Made by a program: the position numbers and the translations under genes
The notes under the pieces: model-generated
Database searches by the model: none
Told to the model about the DNA's origin: nothing
What the model saw: only the letters and a program-made list of their open reading frames with translations
Assembly (NCBI GenBank): GCA_030704615.1
Contig: CM060733.1
Coordinates: forward strand, 39,556,001 to 39,620,000
Source of the DNA: Takakia lepidozioides
Lineage: Eukaryota > Plantae > Bryophyta
Direction of reading: 5' to 3'
Length of the DNA stretch: 64,000 bases
In this document: one piece after another, positions 50,104 to 62,530 of the stretch
How positions within the stretch are numbered: position 1 is the stretch's first letter
Layout of the letters: each line of letters starts with the position of its first letter

Positions 50104-52799
50104 GAGAGTCTGAACTCTCCATTGGCTTTGCCACATCTTCCTCTCCTTCTTTTGGTCAAAGCACACTAATAGGACCCAAAAAGGATGTCACAAACTGTTT
50201 TCCAGCACATATGACGCAATCGATCCAAATTTAGGATATCGAGTTCAGTATGAAACGACAGACACATTATATCATTGGAAAGCCCTGTTCTTGTCATGCC
50301 CATATAAAGTTTTTTATGATTTGACAAGTTTAAGGGGTCCTAAAGGAGTCTTGAATAGCACAAGGTTCAAATGTCTCAAAATGTTGTAGTCCTTCATGAC
50401 TCATTTTCACACCCATAACATGTGAAGGTCCTATCAGGGATTTTCATGTGCTTATATAAGGTATGGAAGAATGCAAAAAAGACAGTAAACCTTCAAAACA
50501 AAAAAAACCCATTATCATAGGAATTTTCTACTACGCGGTATGCATACTTAGGGGCACCAAACTTTGGTACTACTAAACCTCAAAATTTGAACATAGTTCT
50601 TTCACCAAAAGTGTTTAGTTACTGAAAATGAAGAAGGTCATGTCCTTGAAATGGCTACAAGGTCCTCCAATTTTGAATTTGAGGCCAAAATGAGTTCTTA
50701 TAAATAGTGTATCATTTATTGTAAATTATTTTAAAATTAAAAATATATCAAATAAACTCCTAAAAATTATACAAGCATCTGCAGTACCGAAGTAGGCATC
50801 AAACACACCAAACCCGGCTTGGATGCGATGAAGGGAAAACAAATGGTGGCAAACGGAAGTCGAGTTAGTATCGTAAACTCAAAATTAGTGGTGTACGAGC
50901 AAAATTGGAGGTGTACAAGAGGGTGTATGAGCATCCGATGGATGGGGTTGAGGTCCCACTATCATCTGTCAATTTCATCACGTTTTCATCGCAACATGTC
51001 ATGTCCACGCGCCGCGGTGTAACGCGCCAGCAGTCAAAATTTAGTTATTTTCAGGATTGTCAGTGGTACGCATTAGCATGCTTTCACCCCATTATCTTGT
51101 ATTTCAGAAACTGGAGTTCCTGCTCTTAGTGTTCCATGCCAACTCTGATCAAAGAATTTTGTCAAATCTTTAACCCAGGGATGTACCTCAGATCTTTCCC
51201 TTCGTGGCTTCTTGTACCATATCCCTTAATCTTTCTTGTAAAGAATAAGAAGGAGTGGCATCCAACTCTGGTTCTTCTAGTATGCATATGGGTGATGTAC
51301 TCTCTGGTCTTAATGGTGTGAGAGGTCCAGATGATTCCCCTATGTCTATTCCTCTCTCCCAAAGATATGGATAATTAACTTTCAAATAACTTTATCTTTT
51401 TGCTGAATACCTGTGGAGTCTAGCTTCTCTTTCATCACTCATGACCCATATCATTCACGTCTTTGATGAGGTAATAACCACAATTCTCTTCTGTAGTATC
51501 TCTCGTATATGCTTGGATTTGTTTCAAGCTTTAATGCACCCTTGGCTATACTAGAAGAGTCATGACCTACAACTAGTGTTTCATGGGGGTGGGTCAAAGC
51601 ATGTTCAGGTGTCTCATTTTGCTGTTATAGTAACAGATGTATGCAATCAAGGACTATGTATACTTCTTCTTTGAATCTGAAGTAGGAATATAACACCACA
51701 AGATTGTTACATATATGACAAAGATTCTAAATCACTTTACAGATTGCAAATTGACCAAGATTAGGCTGTCATGCAAAGTCCTTTTGCGTGATGTAACAAT
51801 TCCTTCAATTAAACATAACACACTAGAGGATGTTGATAGGACTTGGAGATGTAGACTAATTGTCATGTACATTGACTCCATCTAGGCTTTAGATGTCTGG
51901 GTACTACTTCATGATGGACTTAGAGGATCCTTGGGTGCAATGACCCTCTACTAGAAAATAATCTAACCAATTTGTTCCATGTAATGACACCTTTTGGAGC
52001 ACCAACGAAAAGGACATGAAATCTTTGTCAAAATGACACAATGTCTTAAGAGAAAGTGTAAGGCTCCAAGCATATAAAAGCACTATGTACTAAATTGCAT
52101 GACCTGAGCCTCCCCTCATGCACATATTCATCATTTTTCCTGGTTGATTTCATTTGAATTAAATTTGATTTAAATATATATATAACAATGACCAATGATC
52201 TTCTGTAAATTTCATCCTTGGACGTTATAATGAATCCTTATAATTTTTTTTTATGAAATCTAACATGCAGTATGGCTCCAAATCGCAAGTCCTTTTTCAC
52301 AGCGCTGGTACGTTACATGCTCCAACCGCCATGGAAGTTGAAGTGGAGCTCCATGCAAATGAGTACAAAGGTGAGAGAGACAACAATAATGAGCCCTCCA
52401 ATCTTTGAGCGCATGCCAGCCTTGTCTTCTTAAGTCCATGTGAGTCGAGCAGACTTAAAATGCCGTTCGCGGCGCTCGCGGGATGACAACCACCGGTGGT
52501 TACAGGTGACATGAATTTTAACCTACGACTCTAGGTAATGAAGATGATGATGATCGAATGGCAACAGGCCACGTCCCAAACACACTTCATTGCAGCTCGT
52601 GAGCGTCCGAATTAGACGTTCTTTTGGCGGTGACTCCACTCCTTGCTGCTGGACTCGTCTCTCTTCACCATCGTCCTTCGACTTCTCCCTGCGGTTTGTC
52701 TTCAGTGTGCATGCTTATCATCTCTTTTCCTACGTAGTCATAGTGTGTTCAGAGTATGAAAGGTCCTTCTTATGTTAGTGTAGTCATTCTACTTCTGTA

Positions 52800-55700
52800 G
52801 ATCCAACAAACATTTGGCCCAGGGTTCATTGTTGTGCGAGGGTTTTCAAATTAGCACTCTCCGATATCTTCACTGGAAACATCTGAAGTGGGAAAAGTAC
52901 TCCAGAGCTGACTATAGCGCGTAGGGGTCCTGATGGAGCGATGGGCTGAAATATATGCCACCATCTATATGCCACCATCCAAAATAATGTGTTGGGTCTC
53001 CAATTTGCCAAAGGATTTGTGGCTCAGCGGAACAGTGGAGTGCTGATTGATTGGGCAAGGTCTGCGAAGTACAAAGATGTCACCTCTCATGAACCTTCCT
53101 GTCCAGGGATCATGGAAAGACAAAATGCGTTTTTGTCTGAATTAAGGCGAACCAAGAAGTGGCCCAAGGTGCGGTCTGGCATGACTCGACAACCTCCACC
53201 AAAAGTTGCGGTCAACATTGTCAACCGGTCAAATCCCATCGACCACCACTCCCGGTTCTCCACACTACTGAACACAGAGATTGAGGACATACAAGAGTTG
53301 GTGGCCATGAAAGAGAAGGAAATCGAGGCTGCAAACAAGAAGATCTAGAACTACACTGGTGTACATGATACTGAACTGGAGAAGGTCAAGGTGTTGCGAG
53401 CTTAGATGCGGGATAGACAATCGCTGATGGAGCGTGAGAATGTTGCTTTCAACTCCAAAAAGTCGGAGCTCCATACTCGAGAATCCGCCCAGAGAGACAT
53501 AGGCAGGCGGCTGGAGCAATGCCAAAGTGTTTTGCAGGAGGCGCTAAGGCACCATGACCCTAATGCTGAAAAAATTGTGGACTTAAAGGTGCAAGCGGAG
53601 ACGATTCGGAAAAGCTTGCACTCCCAAACTGAATGTGTTGCCCAACTACAAAGCGAATTGGCAGAGGCAATGGTCTTGCAACGTTTTTACCTTAAGCATG
53701 TGCAAGAGATCGAGGGAAGTTATAAAGATGCCTCTAGTCTTCTCGAAGACCAGCAAAATCGAATTTCGAAGGCAACACATGTCAAGGAGGTTTGCGAGAA
53801 GGAGAAGCAATGTTTGTGTGGTACTTTCCAGGAGAACCTTTCCCTTACGCATTCATCATTTTTGCTGATGCTCTCGAATGTTTGTGTATCCGAATTCCAT
53901 TTAGGCAGTGATAGTAACGCTAGCATCATTCTTGCCGTGGAAAGTACATTTTGTTGCTTTGCCATTGGATTAATGTTGTATTGTGAAATATACTTCACAA
54001 AATTTGTGTGAATGAGGTCACCCTTGCTTAGTGCAGTGTGAAAGGGGAAAGAAGTCTGTGATCCCAAACATGATATGGAAATTAACATGATATGGAAACA
54101 AGTTTGTACCAACATTTTTGGGCTCTCACTTGGAGCTCATACAGAAAACTCTAATTGTTCGTACAGTACCAATGTGTAAGCATATAGGGATTGCCTCTAA
54201 TTTGTCAGGCAGATTCTCATAAAAGTATGGTCGTAGTTTGTGTGACTCTGACTTCTCTGTCTGCACTCAAGAACTCCATCTCAAAGCAGCAACCTTTGCC
54301 ATAGAGTGGTGATCCGACACACTTGAAATAGAGAGCATGCCCTTCAGGAAACTGAAGATATACTATACACTGCAATAGGATCATTTTTCTTAGGCAATAG
54401 TGAGGTAGTGACATATGGTCTGTACACTTTTTTGTTTGTCAGCTCCTTGTATTCAGGTTGTAACAGTGGATGTTTGTGTGAACTGAGACTAAGCATTGTT
54501 GGGGTGTGGCAGAGCAAATCCAGAAGATGAAGGATGGGACACATGTAAAGACCGTGCCCATGCCCATCCTTCATCCACCATGCCAGACAACGCCACAAGC
54601 CACCATTGCATTGAATGCATGTCCTGTTTGCGAAGGATGGTATCTTTAGTGGGATGTGGTGGCCCTATCCTGCAGATGCACATATCACCCCTACTGTCTT
54701 GGAATGCATCTACAAGGCTCAAACAAGTGTGCCCGTGTTTCATGTGGGCAACTCCTCCATCCTGAATGGTGAAAATCGTTTGGGTATGGCCCCATGCATC
54801 CTGAAGTGAAGGCCAGCCCTGCTGCTCTTCAAGTGCCTGCAAAACGACGAAGGTGGATGCAAATGAGGAAGGCCCGACAGGAATTGAAAGGTATTTTCCT
54901 TCTTGTGTGTTTTAGAGCTTGCAAAGGGTTTTTCATTTATTTACCAGAATGTTGGCAATGAGCTTCAGGTGTTTGCAGGGTCAGGGATGACTGAACTTCA
55001 GGTGAGATTTACATATGAGTTATGGCAAGTCATGCTGCTCACTTTCCAGATTGTTAGCAATGAACATTAGGCGTATGCAAGGTCAGCTATGACAGTAGTC
55101 GATTTTTTTTTTTTGACATATGATTTCTGGCAAGTCATGCTGGTCCCTTTCCAGGTATGGTTAATGAATTCAGTTGTTTCCAAGGACAGCGATGAGAGTA
55201 GTCCAGTTTTTTTCTGCCCTATGAAATATGGCAAGTCATGCTGCCCCCTTTCCATTGTACTTCATTTCCTTTACTGTAGGATCTTTTCCGGCTGTCATGG
55301 CGTTAGTGTGGAATTCTAACTCCTTTCCAGTTCATGAACTCATTACAGATCCTCAGGTACTACAAGTTTGGCATCTCATTTCTGGTCATGAGTGTTGCTT
55401 AGGGTTGTTTTCCGTCATGTTGTGTCATTGTTTGTAGTTTCATGTTCCTTCAGGTCATGTAAGGGATTGGGTTCATTGTATCATGGGTGTCATAGAATTT
55501 GTCATGGTATAATATGTCATGCTTGATGTAGGGCACTCCTTTCAGGTCATAATGTCATTCCCTTCCATTCCATGATGTCATTTTCATAGATCTCATTTCC
55601 TTCATTTCATTAACATGGCATGGTGTTTAGGCTTCATTACAGGTCAGGACGGGCACAGCCTTTGACATAGATCGGCATAACTGGAGAGTGGGCATGGTTG

Positions 55701-57260
55701 CAAGGAATTGAGAAATGACATAACATAATTAAACCCTGTGCATTGTTATTTAATTGCAGGTGATGGATTACCAGCAAAGCAAGAAGCTTCCAGCGGAGTT
55801 GCATCTGAGCATCATATTCCGCCTCTTACCAATGTGTTGCAGGCTCAACTTACATTTGAAAAGGACACTCCATGTGGTGGGGATGGTCTGATACAACCTG
55901 AGACCCAGCTGGCACATGGACCTGTTGTCACCACACATTCATCTGAAAGGAGCTCATACACTGCCACAGGCTCTGATTCAGACAGTAGCCACTCAGAGCA
56001 TGGACAACCAAGGTCAGGACTGAAGGCCTCACCTAAGGCAGTCCACATGCCACTTGAGCTTCATCCTCCTCCCACTGAAATCCTATCACAGGCTCCAACA
56101 CTTATCACCCTACTAGCGGCCACAGCTGCTGTCAACATGGGATTGACGAACAAGGACGGGAAATCGGCTGTGGTTCCACCATTACCTGAGCAAACAGTGG
56201 TTACAGAGGGAAATCCCCCCACCTACATGGAGCCAGTAGCAGTTCAAGGGGTGAAAGATAGGCACAAGGACCACAAGCATAGGAGTGATAGAAAAGAACA
56301 CCGCCACCATCGAAAGAGGCGAAAGAGCAGTGATGAACGGACATTCCCTTCCTAGCTGGAGTCTGAGCTTGAGGGTATTGCTGTCACCCCTCACAAATCC
56401 TAGAAGTATTTCAATTGTAGGTGGATTTAGGATTGGCTGTACAACATAGGGAGCACAGCCGAAATTTTGATGTGACCATTCTCCTATGTGCAGGTCATGG
56501 CATGCTTCCGAATACTTCTAGGCACAGCCTCCCATTGAACACTGCCACAACAGCCTTTGCTGAAGGAGTTGAGAACATTGGGTCAGCTTTCACCCCAATC
56601 TCGGGAAGTACATCACCTCCTCCACTCTTGGCAACAGTAAAAATTGAGAAGTGCAGTCCTGAGACAAAAGTTAAGGTAAAGATGCATGAAAGCAAGGGTA
56701 TGGATTTTGCACCTACCAAGAAGTCTGAATCAGAGAGTGACAGTAGTAGTAGTAGCGAGGTTCAAATCTTAAGCAAGAAGGTCGTATCATACAATGGTTC
56801 AAAAGTGATGTTGGAGAATGGGGGGGAAAATGTGATCTTCAAGCAAGATTGTCGCTCCGAAAAAAATTGATACGTGAGTGGGACAATACCAGACAGTCTG
56901 GCTTAGCAATCCAGGTTCAAGGTGCTTGCACCGTTCTCGGGGTTACTACTCCCTATATATACTTCTGTGAATGTTCGTGGGGGTTTCATCGTTACACCTA
57001 TCCTAATGAGTGATGGAATTGCAGTTGACACCATTACACCAGATGGGCTTGTGAAGGCCATGTCCAAGCACTCACACAGCCCACATCACCATCAACATCA
57101 TCTGGTCATGCATTGCGCTCGCAAAATTCCGCTCCTGACAAGCCCAGCAACAACTTGTCAGAAGTTCAGGGTGCTTCTGGCTGAGATGTTGAATCTCGGC
57201 ACAAAAAGAAGAAGAAGAAGCCCCAACGTTGGAAGGGGTATTGCTAAGTTTGCATTATAG
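52800..57260 (+). pseudogene. Unknown multi-exon gene relic (coiled-coil, Cys-rich and low-complexity segments), convergent with the Sola-like transposase
   Basis: ORFs 52989-53348 and 53406-54011 are one frame separated only by two TAG codons; heptad-rich; AG acceptors precede coding-like blocks at ~52801, 55760 and 56494. No recognisable domain. Confidence 0.45.
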
Positions 57261-57899
57261 GGCAGTCCAGGGTGTGTAGGGGGGCTACTATAAGGGAGCT
57301 AATCTTTTGTGTAGGATTGAGGGGAAGAAGTCCCTCTTGTATGGCTGCCTATTTATGCTGCGGTGCTTGCAGAGAAAGAATTCAAGGACCTCGCGACTGG
57401 ACAATGAACAACCTTAAAGAAGGATACTGGTTTTTTCAGGCCCAATGAATTTTTGGATGTCATGATTCTCTGTATGATGATCGGTAATACCTCAGGTTCC
57501 TTCATTTCATGCTATCCCTACTAGGATCATAAACTCCATGAGTACACACTTGCTCATGGCCATTCTATATAGAGTTTTGAAATTGCGAGAAGATGGCAGT
57601 TGTAAGGGAGATTGGACTTAGCTGTTCACAGAAGGGACACAACCTCACGATGTGCTCATCGTTGGCCCCTTCAGAAATGCACCAACAGAGATACATTCCC
57701 TCCTCGCACCATGATGGCCATCACCCCAACCTCCATCTGCAATGATTCATCCTCCAAGACCCTCCATGTGGTGGAATCTCCAAGTCTTGCCTGCTTCTGA
57801 TCCAGAATTTGCCAAAGCCATCGCTTCTGCAAACCCTTGCTCCAACCTTGAGCTTGCACCACAACCAGCCTTTCCTCCAGGGTCATAAGGCACACTCAG

Positions 57900-58520
57900 T
57901 AGGCACAATATTTTAAGCTCAAAACAATTCATGCTCCATACCTCGCCAGAGCCATCTTTCAGCTCCCAGACTCGCTTTGCCTCCATTGTTTGGTCTTGGA
58001 CATTGCAGTCCTTGTATCCCAAGAATAAATAGTCTTTTTTTCCGAGAGCAGTCCACCATAGATATGTGCACCCCTTCTGCTAGTACATGGACAGATGGGT
58101 GTCTTGCTTGCCTCGAATTGCATGGATAGGATGTGGCCCATGAGAGCGAGGCAAAAGCTTTTGTCCCAGTCACCCTCTGCTGACTCTGCCAACACAGCCA
58201 ACCCTGTCTTGAGTGCTTCAGTCACCCATTCCATCAACACATGGTAATGCGGAACATCCCTCTCATGCCTGATTTCATACTGTTCACACATCTTGTCAAA
58301 CTCATCACCCCATCTGCCCTTTTGCATGAAACTATAACTCCAGGGCACCCATGTTGCACCAAGAGCTCTCCCTCCAGAAACTGAGACGTGAGGGAAGACG
58401 TCGGGTCTGCCATTGGGCTGACTCCCACCTCTCCAAATTGATGGTGAATGGACAACAAGGCATACTTGTTGCCTAGCTTTGTTTTCATAAGAGTACCTGC
58501 AATTCCAACATACACAAGAT
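57900..58520 (-). pseudogene. Highly degenerate Gypsy integrase fragment
   Basis: VGIAGTLMKTKLGNKYALLSI...SQFLEGELLVQHGCPGVIVS resembles the integrase GP..T..GN.Y.L / HG.P..I.D region; DWDK...ALM. Confidence 0.55.
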
Positions 58521-58929
58521 ATGTTATTTCTTTAAAAGAAGCGTAAACAGGCTGGCTGGACGATGATCCAAGGTTCCCATACTTGTACTCTGGCCTTCTG
58601 GCAACGTCATAGGATTGGGCCTCATGTTAGGATAGTATCCTTTCTCTTTGCTGTAGTGCAAGCGAGTGCTTTTCTTTGAGTTGACATGGGTGTCTCGCCT
58701 TCCACCATTGTTGCATTGACCATGCCTCTGCAGACTATTTGATGTTGTGACAATCATATGTACCTGTGATCCAGCCACCAAAGCACTCTTATCTGTCCTC
58801 TCATGTTTACCCATACCAGCAACAACAGAATCATGCACCACCCCACCCTCTGGGTGATGCCCATCCCTTCCTTTGAAAGTTGCACCTCTGATTGAGCCCG
58901 CTGGCTCCTTGCGCATGGATCTGATCCAC

Positions 58930-59195
58930 TCTCCAGATCCTCCCTCATGACCAGGCTGAGCATTTCCTGCAATCATCGCATTCGATGACACCACATCTCG
59001 TTCATCCCTACAATCACACACTCCCTGTGCATCTCTGATGCTCTCACATTTGGCGTACATGTTCATGAGGGTGTTGTTCAGATTGGTACTTGGAAAAATT
59101 CCAGCCCCCATGATATCAGCATGGACCTCTTTGTCCCTTCCCAAGGCTGCCCGGCTTGCATATGTATTGTAAACGCAAAGGGGCGACACCTGCTT
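58930..59195 (-). pseudogene. PPR fragment, 3' part (continuation of 61022-61351)
   Basis: ASRAALGRDKEVHADIMGAG..NNTLMNMYAKCESIRDAQ..RDVVSSNAMIAG. Confidence 0.8.
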
Positions 59196-59921
59196 GGGGG
59201 TCGGAAGTTCGCAGGGTTTTTTGGGATGTTGGTCGCGATGATGTTGAGTGGGGAAAGCGGTGGGACTGCAGCGTTGTCAAGGGAAGTCAGAGCATGCATA
59301 GTGTTTATGCAAGTGACCTCATCAATCCTACTAACATAAAGACAAGAGACATGTCTTGCTTTTGCGCTTCATGTTTGGATGGACATTTCCTGAAATGTCA
59401 GAATGCCTCACATGTCAATCCCTGGAAACCTATGAAGCTTCAACCAACAGACCTTGTAAGTGTGCGCTAGACTATCCTTGAAGCTTCGGATGATGAGGCT
59501 GAGTTTGGTGGGGATGGCCAATCCCTTGCAGCCATTGTTCAGGTTGGGGATAACTTTGTCGTGAATGCTGAACCTAATAATGTTTGGGGAGTCAACTTCT
59601 ACATTATCCAGTCTGACATGCCCTTGCACATTGTGCAAGCAGTTTGAGGACCATTGGGGTTGCAAGTGGCATGCAGGTGAACATGTTGTCCGAGGGAGGT
59701 GGTATGAGCCGAGTGGGAATGGGCAGAAATATTACATTCTGCTAGAGGATAAGCCTCATGCCTATGTGTTCTCTCATCTCATCAGGGCTGCAATGTTTCA
59801 GATGCCCCCAGGGTTGCATAGGGTGAAAGGGAACAGAGTAGTGTATGAGCTTGGTGGTGACACCCTGTCACAAATTAGGAGTTCGATAGAACAATTGGAT
59901 GGTCCTGATGATGGATTTTAG
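59196..59921 (+). pseudogene. Sola-like transposase, C-terminal part (inside the inverted segment)
   Basis: EVRRVFWDV...VKGSQSMHSV...TRDMSCFCASC...C.N..HVNPW. Confidence 0.7.
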
Positions 59922-61021
59922 GATGTGTTTCTGAACTCCCTTTATCCACATAGGTTCAACATCATAGTTTGACATTATGAGCCTTTTGGTCATCATAGCA
60001 TTTTGGTCATGCAGTCCGTTCTTGCCATTATGAAGCAGTTAAGTATTGCTAATGATGACTGTAATATTTATGAGATAGTAAGACTGAACATAGTGGACTC
60101 TTTCTGTGTACTACTGTCATAAAATGTACATGTCTGCCAGTTCTAAGTGTTATCATACCTTGTGTTATCATACCTGTGTGAAGTACTAATCATGTGGGCT
60201 GCAGACAGTCTATTGGCTGCATTGGGCAGCAATTCCCGCAAGGGAATTTGAGGTTCAACTCCTCAATAGGCTTCCTCCTCAATTTGAGATCAGTGTACCT
60301 ACTTTCGCTTTTATAAGATTTTTGTGGAACATGTATGATGCCTCCCTACTTGTACAAATTACTTGACCGAACATGCAATTGGGTGGATGAAGCAAGGACA
60401 GGTGGAAGGCACAGATCTAACCCAAGTCTTCAGTTTTGAAATTGATCAACCTAATGAAGAGGGGAGAGAAAGTGAGGAGGAATTGCTGACAGAAGTGATT
60501 GAAGTACCTTCTTCGGGATTGGAGGATGTGCCATTGCATGTCGAAAACAAGAAAAAACATCAACCAAGAGTCAGTCAGAGTTGCATAGACTACGAATTGG
60601 ACAGGCATCCTGCCAAGGGAGAGAGTGAGGGAACAGTGAGAAACCAACTTACACTTTTGAAGATTAATGAGAGCACTAAACTGAGTAAGGGAGCAAGAAG
60701 GCATGGTGACCAAAAGGTGTGCCACAGTTTGCCACCAACAATGCAATTGAAAGGGGAACGGCCTACTGTTGAGAGCAGCAAATTTGGGTCAAGAGGGCCT
60801 GCAGCAAAGGGAACGGGTCTTGCTCAAGACCATTTATTGCAGCCCGCTGGAATGCAAAGGCTGAAATGGCCAAAGAAGGTGGAGGTACTAGCTATGTTCA
60901 AATCACTATTGGTCAAACCGGGGCAGCTCAAGCCACTCTTTACTGGTGTGAGAGAAGATAAGAAGACTGGGTGCCTCATGTCACTATAGAATTATCACAG
61001 ATTTGGGGGTCAAGTTAGCAA

Positions 61022-61351
61022 ATGCAACAAGAAGGTGCAAAGCCAAGCAAGATCACCTTCCTGAGCATACCTGCAGATGCATGCGCTAGCCTAGTAGACC
61101 TGGAACAGGGCAGGCAGGTCCACCAAGGCATAAGCAAAGCTGGATTTGAGGCAGATGTCCATGGGGGAACAGCCCTTGTCTATATGTATTGCAAGTGTGG
61201 GAGTCTGGAAAATGCACACCAAGTGTTTGATAGGGTGTTCAGCCAAGAAGCGGTCACATGGAGTGTCATCATCACATGATATGTCCACCATATGTGTGGG
61301 ATTGGGGCTCTGGAAACCTGTGAGCAGATGATGTGGGTGGCAATGAAGCCC
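61022..61351 (+). pseudogene. PPR fragment, 5' part (inside the inverted segment)
   Basis: KPSKITFLSI..ACASLVDLEQGRQVH..GTALVYMYCKCGSLENAHQVFD, ending ALETCEQMMWVAMKP. Confidence 0.85.
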
Positions 61352-62530
61352 TGCCTTTGAGTAGGAAGAGGGAGGCCTACCTCCTCCCAACCTCATCCTT
61401 AGGAATGTAACAACATCGGTAGCACTTTGAAGTTTCACACCATGTGGGACAAGTTGTTCGGCACAGAGCTGGCGCTTCACCACGGCACCAGCTTTATCAT
61501 GCTCTCCCTTTCCATGGCCAGACCCAAAAAAATTCCACATCATAGGTTTTCTGGTCATCATAGCGTATCTAGTAGCATAATACCAACACCTAGCTCCCTT
61601 GAATTGGGCTGCACAGGACCATACAATGTGTTGTCCCCACTCGACACCAATCTCAAGCAAGTGATTGTAGTGTAGATTGAAGAAGTGCTGGACAAAGAGG
61701 GTGTCATGGGTTCCATCATTGGACACGTAGTAGTGAATCTCTTTGATGAGGTGAGTGCTTGGTTCTTCAGGATCTGCTAGGGGATTTTTCCGGTACGTGA
61801 TGTGTACAAAGATGGCAATCTGAAAACTAAACCAGTGTTGCGATTGCACCTCATTTTGATCCTGGAAAGAGTAGTTTTCAGCGAAGTCGACAATTGAAAG
61901 AATTGCTCCATCTGGCAAGTTCTTTAGGCAATCCTTGAATTGTTGTTCCTGCCAACGGGCAGTGAAGTTGTGCTTGATGAAGCTCTTGAGCTTTGGCCTT
62001 CGGTATTCCAAAAGTTCAGATGGGCTGGTTCTTTTCTAGAACAGTCTCAGTGCATACCGAGGCTCACCCTCCTTGGTCTTTCCTGAGAGCTCCTTCCCAA
62101 AACACCTCCACTCAACCATGGTACCTTCCCTAATATCTAACTCCTTTGGACAGACCCTCAATTTCTGAACTCCACATAGGTCACACTCACCTCTCAAGCA
62201 CTTCTTTTTGTGCCACTCATCTGAATCCTTCTTAGGGCAAACAACTGATTCCCACATGGAGGTCACACCTTGGAATTGGAAAGACAAGGCATTGCAACCT
62301 CCTTGTGAGCGATGGCACATAGCCTTACAAACACATGCACAAGTCGTATCGTGCACACCTTTGGTCGCGGTTCTCATGTTGTTGTAGCCGACCTTAAGCT
62401 CGTCCATTTCAATTTGAGACTTGCAACAACATACATTTCTGTCCTTCAATTTTTTCACAAAGTAGGGTCTCAATCTCTCAAACAACCGCTGCCTTATCTT
62501 CACTGTAGGGTTTTTCTGCTGAAATCGCAA
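61352..62530 (-). pseudogene. Sola-like (probably Sola2) DDD transposase, N-terminal and core part
   Basis: LRPYFVK...CCCK, KKCLRGECDLCG, VDFAENYSFQDQNEVQSQHW, W(SDG with DG lost)CAAQFK, FFGSGHGKGEHD.AGAVVKR; TAG stop at 62036. Subfamily call rests on recalled motifs. Confidence 0.75.
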
